A stretch of 45,884 nt of DNA, taken from sequence record DRR723986_1354; one strand, 5' to 3'. A model generated the notes under the pieces. It did no database searches. It was not told the origin of the DNA and was given only the letters and a program-made list of their open reading frames with translations. Positions within the stretch are counted from its first letter, which is position 1; each line of letters opens with the position of its first letter. A program made the position numbers and the translations under genes. Shown here piece after piece: positions 7,091 through 15,825 of the stretch.

Positions 7091-9733
7091 GTGACCCATC
7101 ATTCCGCAATCCTGCGCACCTCGAGTGCCGCAGCCATCTGTGTCGCGCTCGCGTCCATGGCTCATGCCGCCCCCGAAGCGGGCTCCGTCATCGGCAACCA
7201 GGCCGTGGCGACCTATACCAACGCTGCCGGCGACACGATCACCGTCACCTCGAACACCGTGGAAACGGTGGTCCAGCAGGTGGCCGGCGTGACGTTGACC
7301 TCGGACAACACCGAAAACGTCGCCCCCGGCGGCAAGGCCTTCCTGCCGCATATCATCACCAACGACGGTAACGGCGCCGACGCCTTCGACCTGACCGTCG
7401 CCGAGAACGACACCGGCGCGCTGGAGACCTCGCAGCTGGTGTTCTACCCGGACGCCAACATGGACGGCGTCGCGGACAGCGCCACGCCCCTGACCGAGAC
7501 CCCGGTTCTGGCCCCCGGCGAGCAGTTCGGTGTCGTGATCGAGGCCACCGTGCCCTCGACCAATGCCGCAGGCGCCACCGACACCATCACCGTGACCGCC
7601 ATCTCGAAGCTGGACGGCACCGTTCTGGCTACCAACACGGACACGCTGACCGTGTCGAACGACGCCATCATCGAGCTGGTCAAGTCGATGGTCGCCGACG
7701 CCTCCTCTGCCGGTGATCCCAACATCATCGACGCGGGCGACACCGTCACCGTGACCCTGACCTACTCCTCCACCGGCCTCGTCGCGGCGAACAACTACAC
7801 CGTGACCGACATTCTGGACGCGGGCTTCGAATACGTGCCGGGCACCGCCGTCTGGTCCGATGCCGCCGGAACGCTGGACGACAACAACGGCTCGACCGCG
7901 GTGGATGCCACCAACGGCAACGGCGAAGGCATCGCCTGGGATTACGACGACAACCAGACGGTCAACTTCAACATCTCCTCGGTCGGCTCGGGCCGTTCGG
8001 GCAGCGTGACCTTCCAGGCACGGATCGCCTCGACCGCGAATGCCGGGATCCTGACCAACGTCGCCAGCCAGAACGTCGACGGCGTCGACTTCCCGCCGTC
8101 GAACACCGCCTCGGTGACGGTCGCCAGCCAGTATTCGGTCTCCATCGCGGACACCGCGATCAACCCGGACGGCACCGCCAATGGCGCGGTCTCCTCGGCC
8201 ACCGACGACGACGCGGCGCAGAACGATGTCGTGACCGAGACCGGCGACGTCTTCCAAGGCGCCCGGATCCGCCACGAGTTCGTGCTGACCAACAACTCGA
8301 ACGAGGCCGACAGCCTGTCGCTGGACGTCTCGAACGTCGACTACCCGGCCGGGACCACCTTCCAGATCGTGGGCGCCGACGGCATCACCCCGGTCATCGG
8401 TTCGGTCGGACCGCTGGCCATCGGCGAAAGCACCAAGGTCACGCTGATCGCGACCCTGCCCACCAATGTGACCCCGACCGCGGCCGGCGCGACCAACTAC
8501 ACCGCGACCATGACCGTGACCTCGGATGCCTCGGGCGTCACCGACACATCGACCGCCGAATTCACCGGCGCGGTTCTGGCGGCCTCGGTCGACCTCGAAG
8601 CGGCGGGTGGTCTGGGTGACGGCGCGGCGCCCACGAATGGCGGCGCCCCCTGGGTCAGCAACACGACCGATCCGGGCGTCCCCACGACCTTCGACATGGT
8701 GGTCCAGAACAACGGCCCGGTCTCGGACAGCTACAACCTGTCGCTGGCCCAGCCGCTGCCCGCAGGCTGGACGGTGGAATTCCGTGACGCCGACGGCACC
8801 CTCGTGACCAACACCGGCACCATCCCCGCCGGCGGCACCGACACCTTCACCGTGACGGTCATTCCCGCAGCCGATGCGCCCCCGGCGGACACGCCGATCG
8901 ACATCCAGCTGGAAAGCGCCGTCTCCGGCCAGTCGGACCGCATCGTCAACCAGGTCACCGTGAACGAGATCTACGACGTGCAGATCCTCGAAGGGCAAAG
9001 CGTTCAGGCCTCGCCCGGTGGCGTGGTGGACATGCTCCACACGATCACCAACGAGGGCAACACCGCCATCACCGAGGGTGCGATCACGCAGACCGGCCTG
9101 ACCAACTTCTCGGGTGCGATCTTCTGGGACCAGAACGGCAACGGCGTGCTCGATGCAACGGACCCGGTGATCGACAACTTCGACGATCTGACCGACGGCA
9201 TCGCGCCGGGGACGAACGGTCTGGCCGCGGGTGACACGATCTCCGTCATCTACCGTGTGCAGACCCCCTCGACCGCGACTCCGGGTGTGTCGGAGGTCGG
9301 CACGCTGGCGGTCGGCACCTCGCTGAACGGTGGCACGGCAACGGATGCGGATACCGCGGACAACGCCAACGAGGACCGCATCACCATCATCGCCGGCGAC
9401 GTGACGCTGACCAAGTACCAGTACATCGACGCCGCCTGTGACGGGACCGTGGGCACCTTCACGAAGACGCGCCAGCCGGTCGAGCCCGGCCAGTGCATCC
9501 GCTACATGATCGAGGCCGAGAACACCGGCAGCTTCGCGGCGGATGATGTGGTCATCTCGGATGCGGCGCCTGCCTACACCACCATCACCAATTGCGGTGG
9601 ATCGTGCTCCGAAACGCTGTTCCCGGCTGGCAGCACTGCGACGATCACGTCCAGCGCCGTCTCCAGCGACCATGGAACGGTTCTGCCTGGTGGCGTCGCA
9701 CGGCTCGAATTCACCGTACAGGTGGACAACTGA
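7091..9733 (+). CDS. Secreted 880-aa multi-Ig/DUF11 protein; candidate major fibre subunit
   Basis: Signal peptide ends AHA|A. Rich in T/A/G/D/V/N, repeated TNxGN Ig domains, one complete internal DUF11 and a truncated C-terminal DUF11. No membrane or cell-wall anchor visible. Confidence 0.9.
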   Translation: MTHHSAILRTSSAAAICVALASMAHAAPEAGSVIGNQAVATYTNAAGDTITVTSNTVETVVQQVAGVTLTSDNTENVAPGGKAFLPHIITNDGNGADAFDLTVAENDTGALETSQLVFYPDANMDGVADSATPLTETPVLAPGEQFGVVIEATVPSTNAAGATDTITVTAISKLDGTVLATNTDTLTVSNDAIIELVKSMVADASSAGDPNIIDAGDTVTVTLTYSSTGLVAANNYTVTDILDAGFEYVPGTAVWSDAAGTLDDNNGSTAVDATNGNGEGIAWDYDDNQTVNFNISSVGSGRSGSVTFQARIASTANAGILTNVASQNVDGVDFPPSNTASVTVASQYSVSIADTAINPDGTANGAVSSATDDDAAQNDVVTETGDVFQGARIRHEFVLTNNSNEADSLSLDVSNVDYPAGTTFQIVGADGITPVIGSVGPLAIGESTKVTLIATLPTNVTPTAAGATNYTATMTVTSDASGVTDTSTAEFTGAVLAASVDLEAAGGLGDGAAPTNGGAPWVSNTTDPGVPTTFDMVVQNNGPVSDSYNLSLAQPLPAGWTVEFRDADGTLVTNTGTIPAGGTDTFTVTVIPAADAPPADTPIDIQLESAVSGQSDRIVNQVTVNEIYDVQILEGQSVQASPGGVVDMLHTITNEGNTAITEGAITQTGLTNFSGAIFWDQNGNGVLDATDPVIDNFDDLTDGIAPGTNGLAAGDTISVIYRVQTPSTATPGVSEVGTLAVGTSLNGGTATDADTADNANEDRITIIAGDVTLTKYQYIDAACDGTVGTFTKTRQPVEPGQCIRYMIEAENTGSFAADDVVISDAAPAYTTITNCGGSCSETLFPAGSTATITSSAVSSDHGTVLPGGVARLEFTVQVDN

Positions 9734-9749
9734 CCTGGTCCACCTGACT

Positions 9750-9777
9750 GGCCCCCGCCTTCGGGCGGGGGCCTTTC
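9750..9777 (+). terminator. Intercistronic GC hairpin with UUCG loop (leaky terminator or mRNA stabiliser)
   Basis: GGCCCCCGCC-TTCG-GGCGGGGGCC followed by TTTC, between the 880-aa and 1926-aa genes. Confidence 0.7.
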
Positions 9778-9828
9778 CCTGACGATTTTCCCCCCGTTTC
9801 CCACACCCTTCCCCCAGGAGCGAAACTG

Positions 9829-12800
9829 ATGCGCAGTTTTCTTCGCTTTGCCGGCCCGGAAGTGACCAGGTTCCTTGTCCTTGCCGCTGCCGCGCTTTTC
9901 CTTGCCCTCCCTGCGGGACCCTCGGCTGCCCAGCCGTCCGCCGCCGGAACGGTCATCCGAAACATCGCTCAGGTCACCTATTTCGACACCGGCCTCGGCA
10001 CGCTCGTCACGCTCGAGTCCAACGCCGTCGAAGCACGCGTCAGCGTCGTTCCGGCGCTCGAGATCTCCGGCCGCGAAACCCTGCTGCTGTCGCGCGGCGC
10101 GCTGGACCAGTTCCTCTTCGAGATCGCCAATACCGGCAACGTCGCGCTGGACGTGATCCCCGCCGTGACCCTGACGGGGGACGCGGGCCAGATCCGGAAC
10201 CCGCGCCTTTTCCTCGACCTCGATGGCAACGGCCTTGTGGACGCGGGAGAGCCGGAAGTCGCCGCCGGGGACACCCTCGAGCTTTCCGCAGGGCAGCGGC
10301 TGGACCTGATCTACAGCTTCTCGCTCGCCTCCACCGCCCGGATCGGCGACGCCGTCGACGTGACCCTGACCGCCGTGGCGACGCCGCGCCTGTCGCCGGG
10401 CACGGATGCACCCCTGGACCTCACCCCGGTGTCGGGATCGGGTCTTGGCCGCGTCGAGGTTCTGGACGCCACGCTGGAGATCGAGAAATCCCAGGCCCTC
10501 ACGCCCGGCGCCGGGGAAACGCAGATTTCCTACGGCCTTGCGCTGCGCAACAACTCCGACGCGGTCGTGGCCGGCTATGCAGAGATCGACGGCGCGCCCC
10601 TGCGCATCGACGGCGCCGTGGCGACCGGGGTTCTTCTGCGCGATGAAATCCCCCTCAACGCCCGGTTCTCCGCGATCACCCGCAGCGGCGGCATGACCGC
10701 GCTTTATCACCGCGCCGGGAGCGCGCCGCACGACTACACCACCACCGCACCCGCCGACGCCGCCGACATCGACGCCGTCGCCTTCTTCCTGCCCGGAGAT
10801 TTCCCCGTCGGCCGGTCCGAGGACACGGGCTTCGCCGTCGTCGTCGAGCACGCGCTCGGCGCGGTGGAGGTCGAAAACACCGCCACGGGCTTTCTGTCCA
10901 CGCCCTCGGGCCTCGCCGAGGTGCCCTCGAACAGCGTGCGCACGGTTCTGAACGACGCCACCCCCGGGCAGCTTGCCTTCATCGACCCGGTGACCGGGCA
11001 GGACACGCCCTTTGGCGCGCTCGACAGCAATCTCGTGACCCGTCTGGTGGCGGGTGCCTGCAACCTTTCCACCGCGCCCGAGACCGTCGAGATCACCCTG
11101 CAAAGCCTCCAGACCGGCGATGTCGAAGTCACCACGGCGCGCGAGACCGGACCCAACACCGGCGTCTTCCTGATCGCGCCGCTGCCGGTGGCCGAGATGG
11201 CCCTTTCGCGGGCCCGCGACGGGGTGATGGCTTCGGGCCGGGGCGACACGATCCGCGCCACCGCGCGCTGCGCAGGCCAGTCCCTTGCCGCCAGCATCGC
11301 CATCGCGCCGGGCAACGTCGTCTTCGACGCGATCGGCAACGACCCCGTCGAGGGCGTGGACATCGTGCTGGTCGACGCCGCCAGCGGCATCGCCGCCGCG
11401 CGCGCCACCACCGATGCCCGCGGCTACTTCGCCTTCGGCGACATCCCCGCGGGGCGTTACGCCTATAGCGTTCCCGATGCACCGGCGTGGCGGTTCCCCT
11501 CGGTCCGCAGCGACTTTCGCGGCTTTGGCCGGATCGTCACCGATGCGGGCTTCGGCGCCGGGTTCGACCATGCGGGCGGGTTCCTGATGCCGTCGGACGT
11601 CCCGCTCGACCCGGCCTATGCCACCCCCGTGGCTCTGGAAAAGACCGCCGACCGCGAGCGCGTGACGCAGGGCGAATTCGTGACCTACTCGCTGACGGTG
11701 ACGAACAACATGCGCCAGGCGCTGTTCGGCGCCGAGATCCTCGACCGCCCGCCCCACGGAATGGTCCTCGTCGAGGGCTCCGTGACGCTGGACGGCAAGC
11801 GGATCGCGGACCCCATCCGCGACGCACAGGGCGACCTGCGCTTCGAGCTTGGCAGCGTTGCGCCGCTCGACCGGCTGGACCTGACCTACGTCCTCTCCGT
11901 CGGCGCCGCCGCGCGCGAGGGGACGCTGGAGAACACGGCGCTTCTGTCGGGCCGTCAGGCCGGCACCGGCAGCCTGATGCAGTCGGCCCCGGCCCGCGCC
12001 CTCGTGCGGCTGGACAACTCCGGCGGCGTCTTCGCCCGGCAGGGCACCGTCGTCGGCACGGTCTTCATGGATTGCGACGGCAACGGCATCCGGGGCGACT
12101 GGCGCGAGCCGGGCATCCCCGGCGTGCGCATCGTCACGCAAGAAGGGCTATTCGTCGTCACCGACCGCAACGGGCAGTATTCCCTGCCCGGCCTGCGCCC
12201 GGCCACGCATGCCTTCCAGGTGCAGGCCGCGACCCTGCCCGAGGGCACCGAGGTCACGGTGACGCGCACCAATGACCTGCGCCGGGGCGGATCGCGGATC
12301 GTGCCGCTGCGCCGGGGTGAATTGCGCAGCGAAAATTTCGCGGTCGAGGCCTGCACCCCCGCCGCCATGGCCGAAATCGAGGCGCGCCGCGCGCATTTCG
12401 ACGAAGCCGCCACCCCGGACACCATGCGCGCCGCGGACATGCCCATCGAGGGGCTTCGCAATCCGCAGCGCTCCACCCGGACAGAGGCGGGCGTGGCGAC
12501 GACCACCCAGCTGACCCCCGCCATGATGGCAGCGGCCGCCGCCACCTCCGGCGAAGAGGCCAGCGCGCAGGTCTTGCCGCCGCTGGCCACCAAGGCCCGC
12601 GAGGCGCGTCGCCCGCTGGAGGCCATGGTCAAGGCGCTCGACCCAGAGCCCGGCTTTCTCGACATCGAGGACGGCGAAACCCTGACCCGCCGCACCCGGA
12701 ACATCCGGGTGAAGGGCAAGGCCGACCTGACGCTGGGCCTGCTGCTGAACGGCCGCGCCCTTGGCGCCGACCGCATCGGCGAGCAAAGCAGCTGGGCCGC

Positions 12801-15609
12801 GCGCAACGTGCAGGCGGCCGAGTTCGTGGCGGTCAAGCTGCGCCCGGGCGAGAACACCCTGACGCTGGTCGGCCGCGACGGTTTCGGCATCGAACGCATG
12901 CGCCACGAGATCACCGTGACCGCCCCCGGCGACCCGGCCCGGATCGAGATCACCGCCCCCGCAGAGGCCAGCGCCGATCCGGTCAGCGGCGTGCCCGTCG
13001 TCGTCCGCATCCTCGACGCGCGCGGCCTGCCGGTTCCGGCCTCGGCCACGGTCACGCTGGGCGCCGACCGGGCGCTGTGGGACGTGACCGACATCCGCCC
13101 CGGCACCCCCGGCGTGCAGGCCTATATCGACAACGGCGAGGCGACCTTCACCCTGATCCCGCCGCAGGTTTCCGGCCCCGACCTCATCACCGTGACCAGC
13201 GGCTTTGCCCGCGCCGAGGCGCGCATGGTCTTCACCCCCAACCTCGACGAGCGCATCCTGATCGGCGTGATCGAGGGCGCGGTCTCGCTGGGGGGCACGA
13301 ACCGCGGCGCGATCCTGCCCAAGGAGCAGTTCAGCCATTTCGAGGACACCGTCACCGGCCTGCGCGGCGAGCTCTACCTCAAGGGCGCGATCCGTGGCGA
13401 TGCGCTGCTGACCCTGCGCTACAGTTCCGACACCGACACCGAAGACCGCCTGTTCCGCGACATCCGGGGCGACGAATACTACCCGGTCTACGGCGACAAT
13501 TCGGAACGCGGCTGGGACGCGCAATCCTCGACCAACCTCTTCATCAAGGTGGAAAAGGGCCGGTCCTACGCACTCTACGGCGATATCGCGATCCAGCCCG
13601 AGGCATCCTCGTTCAAGCTGGGCGGGATGCAGCGCGTGGCCACCGGCGCCAAGGCGCATTGGGAGAACGACCGCGTTGCCGTCACCGTCTTTGCCGCGCG
13701 CACCGCGCAGGAGCAGAAGATCGTGGAATTCGCCGGGCGCGGCGTCTCGGGGCCCTACGATCTGGCGCTCGACGGCTATGTCGACGGCTCCGAACGGGTC
13801 GAGATCCTCGTCCGCGACGAGGACGGCGGCGACATCCTGCAAAGCATCCCGCTGCGGCGCGGCACCGACTACGTCCTCGATTTCTTCCGCGACACGATCA
13901 CCTTCGACGATCCGGTCCGGCAGTTCGACTTCGACGGCAACCCGGTGTCCGTCCGCGTGACCTACGAGGTCGAGAACGACGAGGCGGAGCGCTACTGGCT
14001 TTACGGCGGCGAGGTGAACTATGCCGCGACCGACCGCACCAGCCTTGGCCTGCGCGCCGTTCATGCGGATGCGGCCATCGGCAACCCCGCCCGCGAGCGC
14101 CTGCAATCGGCCTATGTGCGCCACGAGACCCTGCGTGGCGGCATCTGGGAGGCCGAGGTCGCCCGCTCCGAGGACAAGGATCAGCGCAGCGACATGGCCG
14201 CCCGCCTGTCCTATGACATCGTCACCGAGACCGAGCGCCTGTCCTTCGAGGCGATCCACACCGGGCAGGACTTCCGGGCCGGGGGCCTTGCGCGCCCGGG
14301 CACCACGCAGCTGCGCCTGAGCTACGGGCTGGAGATCGACCCCAAGAGCGATCTGGAACTGGCAGCGGAATACGTCCGCGACCGCAACGCCGACAGCACG
14401 CGCACCACCGTAGAGGCCGTCTATTCGCGGCGGTTCAACGATGGTTTCCGCGGAGAGATCGGCGTGGAGCTGGCCCGCACGGATCGCGACGGCCGCGTCG
14501 ACGATCAGGCAGCGCTGCTGCTGGGCGGCCACTGGAACCCGGTAAACCGGCCCGGTGTGTCGGTGCGGGCCGAGTTGCGCCTGCCCTTCGCCGGCGACAA
14601 CCGCGACCCTGCCGAACTGACCCTTGGCATGTACCGCGAGGCCAAGCCCGGCTGGCGCGTCCACAGCGAGATCGAACTCAGCTTCGGCGACGACACGATC
14701 ATGACCCGCGCCCGCTATGGCATGGAATACCAGCTCAACGACTGGCTGTCCGGCAGCACCGAGTTCAGCCAGGCCGCCGGAGAGCTGGAGGAGACGTGGC
14801 ATCAGGGCGTTTCGGCGGTCTGGCAGGTCAACGACCTGACCACCCTGCGCGCCGACATAGAGCATTCGCGCGGCGCGCAGACCGGCGAGGATGCCCTGAC
14901 CAGCGTCGCGCTGGGGGCGAAATGGCACGACAGTTCGGAAAGCCTCGTGGGTGATGCGGACTTCGACGCCACCTTCGAGGACAGCGGCAACACCTACTAC
15001 GCCTCGCTGGGCATGGCCGCACAGCTGAACGACGAATGGACCATGCTGGGCCGGACCCGGATCGCCATCGACCAGCGCAACGGCGAGGATCACCTGCGCG
15101 CACGCACCCGCCTTGGCGCCGCCTACCGCCCGAAGGAGGAGTCGCGTCTCGACGTTCTGGCCTGGTACGAGCATCGCCTCGAGCAGAAGCACGGCCGCAC
15201 CGAATCCCACCTGTGGTCGGTGGACGCGAGCTATGAGGCGAACGAAGATCTGCGGCTGAACGGAAAATACGCCGGTCAGCACCAGACGGTGTCGGGCAAC
15301 GGCTTCGAGGCCTCGACCACCACGCAACTGGTTCAGGCGGGGGCCTACATGGACTTTGCCGACGACCGGTTCCAGCTTGGCCTGAACGCCACGCATCTGT
15401 GGGACAGCCGGGGCGGCAGCACCACCGGGCTGGGCGCCGAGCTTGGGTTCTCGCCCGCCGAGGGCACCCTGCTGGCGGTCGGTTACAACTCTGTCGATGG
15501 CCGCGTGGCCGGGATGCAGGGTCTCTATCAGGACGGCGTCTACTTCCGCTTCAACCTGCTGTTCGACGACAGCCTCTGGAGCAAGCTCGACGGATTTCTC
15601 GGCAACTGA
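9829..15609 (+). CDS. 1926-aa secreted protein: N-terminal Ig/DUF11/SdrD-B domains plus a large C-terminal outer-membrane beta-barrel
   Basis: GGAG RBS; signal peptide ends SAA|Q; two complete DUF11 domains; SdrD-B-like GTVFMDCDGNGIRG..EPGIPGVRI. The region from about 13255 consists of amphipathic beta-strands and ends GVYFRFNLLF plus a short tail. Confidence 0.88.
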   Translation: MRSFLRFAGPEVTRFLVLAAAALFLALPAGPSAAQPSAAGTVIRNIAQVTYFDTGLGTLVTLESNAVEARVSVVPALEISGRETLLLSRGALDQFLFEIANTGNVALDVIPAVTLTGDAGQIRNPRLFLDLDGNGLVDAGEPEVAAGDTLELSAGQRLDLIYSFSLASTARIGDAVDVTLTAVATPRLSPGTDAPLDLTPVSGSGLGRVEVLDATLEIEKSQALTPGAGETQISYGLALRNNSDAVVAGYAEIDGAPLRIDGAVATGVLLRDEIPLNARFSAITRSGGMTALYHRAGSAPHDYTTTAPADAADIDAVAFFLPGDFPVGRSEDTGFAVVVEHALGAVEVENTATGFLSTPSGLAEVPSNSVRTVLNDATPGQLAFIDPVTGQDTPFGALDSNLVTRLVAGACNLSTAPETVEITLQSLQTGDVEVTTARETGPNTGVFLIAPLPVAEMALSRARDGVMASGRGDTIRATARCAGQSLAASIAIAPGNVVFDAIGNDPVEGVDIVLVDAASGIAAARATTDARGYFAFGDIPAGRYAYSVPDAPAWRFPSVRSDFRGFGRIVTDAGFGAGFDHAGGFLMPSDVPLDPAYATPVALEKTADRERVTQGEFVTYSLTVTNNMRQALFGAEILDRPPHGMVLVEGSVTLDGKRIADPIRDAQGDLRFELGSVAPLDRLDLTYVLSVGAAAREGTLENTALLSGRQAGTGSLMQSAPARALVRLDNSGGVFARQGTVVGTVFMDCDGNGIRGDWREPGIPGVRIVTQEGLFVVTDRNGQYSLPGLRPATHAFQVQAATLPEGTEVTVTRTNDLRRGGSRIVPLRRGELRSENFAVEACTPAAMAEIEARRAHFDEAATPDTMRAADMPIEGLRNPQRSTRTEAGVATTTQLTPAMMAAAAATSGEEASAQVLPPLATKAREARRPLEAMVKALDPEPGFLDIEDGETLTRRTRNIRVKGKADLTLGLLLNGRALGADRIGEQSSWAARNVQAAEFVAVKLRPGENTLTLVGRDGFGIERMRHEITVTAPGDPARIEITAPAEASADPVSGVPVVVRILDARGLPVPASATVTLGADRALWDVTDIRPGTPGVQAYIDNGEATFTLIPPQVSGPDLITVTSGFARAEARMVFTPNLDERILIGVIEGAVSLGGTNRGAILPKEQFSHFEDTVTGLRGELYLKGAIRGDALLTLRYSSDTDTEDRLFRDIRGDEYYPVYGDNSERGWDAQSSTNLFIKVEKGRSYALYGDIAIQPEASSFKLGGMQRVATGAKAHWENDRVAVTVFAARTAQEQKIVEFAGRGVSGPYDLALDGYVDGSERVEILVRDEDGGDILQSIPLRRGTDYVLDFFRDTITFDDPVRQFDFDGNPVSVRVTYEVENDEAERYWLYGGEVNYAATDRTSLGLRAVHADAAIGNPARERLQSAYVRHETLRGGIWEAEVARSEDKDQRSDMAARLSYDIVTETERLSFEAIHTGQDFRAGGLARPGTTQLRLSYGLEIDPKSDLELAAEYVRDRNADSTRTTVEAVYSRRFNDGFRGEIGVELARTDRDGRVDDQAALLLGGHWNPVNRPGVSVRAELRLPFAGDNRDPAELTLGMYREAKPGWRVHSEIELSFGDDTIMTRARYGMEYQLNDWLSGSTEFSQAAGELEETWHQGVSAVWQVNDLTTLRADIEHSRGAQTGEDALTSVALGAKWHDSSESLVGDADFDATFEDSGNTYYASLGMAAQLNDEWTMLGRTRIAIDQRNGEDHLRARTRLGAAYRPKEESRLDVLAWYEHRLEQKHGRTESHLWSVDASYEANEDLRLNGKYAGQHQTVSGNGFEASTTTQLVQAGAYMDFADDRFQLGLNATHLWDSRGGSTTGLGAELGFSPAEGTLLAVGYNSVDGRVAGMQGLYQDGVYFRFNLLFDDSLWSKLDGFLGN

Positions 15610-15634
15610 CCGAACCTGAAGGTTGCCGGGAAAC

Positions 15635-15669
15635 GGGCCACACCGCGCAGCGCATCCGCGGTGTGGCCC
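15635..15669. terminator. Perfect 13-bp inverted repeat downstream of the barrel gene
   Basis: GGGCCACACCGCG-cagcgcatc-CGCGGTGTGGCCC; no U-tract. Confidence 0.5.
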
Positions 15670-15825
15670 ATCTGGGTCAGGGCCCGAGGGCGCCCGCCGG
15701 AGGGGTGCGCTGTCCCATCAGGATCTATCGCTATACTTTCGCAGGCCGCGCTGCCTGATCGCCCCACCCGGTCGAGGCCCCCGGCTTTCTATGGTGCTCC
15801 TGCTCACTTGGTTCAGGAGTAGACA

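Noticed and set aside
7091-9733. RTX/T1SS adhesin or S-layer protein
   Set aside because: It has a Sec signal peptide, no GGxGxD nonapeptide repeats and no adjacent T1SS. An S-layer role is not excluded but would not explain the split domains.
6533-15396. Very long antisense ORFs (6533-9673, 9574-12141, 12148-15396; likewise 2475-5048, 17780-19951, 20765-23425, 43790-45829)
   Set aside because: These are shadow frames of strongly codon-biased GC-rich genes. They show no motifs, and the opposite strand encodes recognisable proteins.
9829-15609. Classical autotransporter, TonB-dependent receptor or chaperone-usher usher
   Set aside because: The barrel region is far longer than an autotransporter beta-domain. 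No TonB box/plug arrangement was recognised, and there is no PapD-like chaperone or fimbrial subunit nearby.
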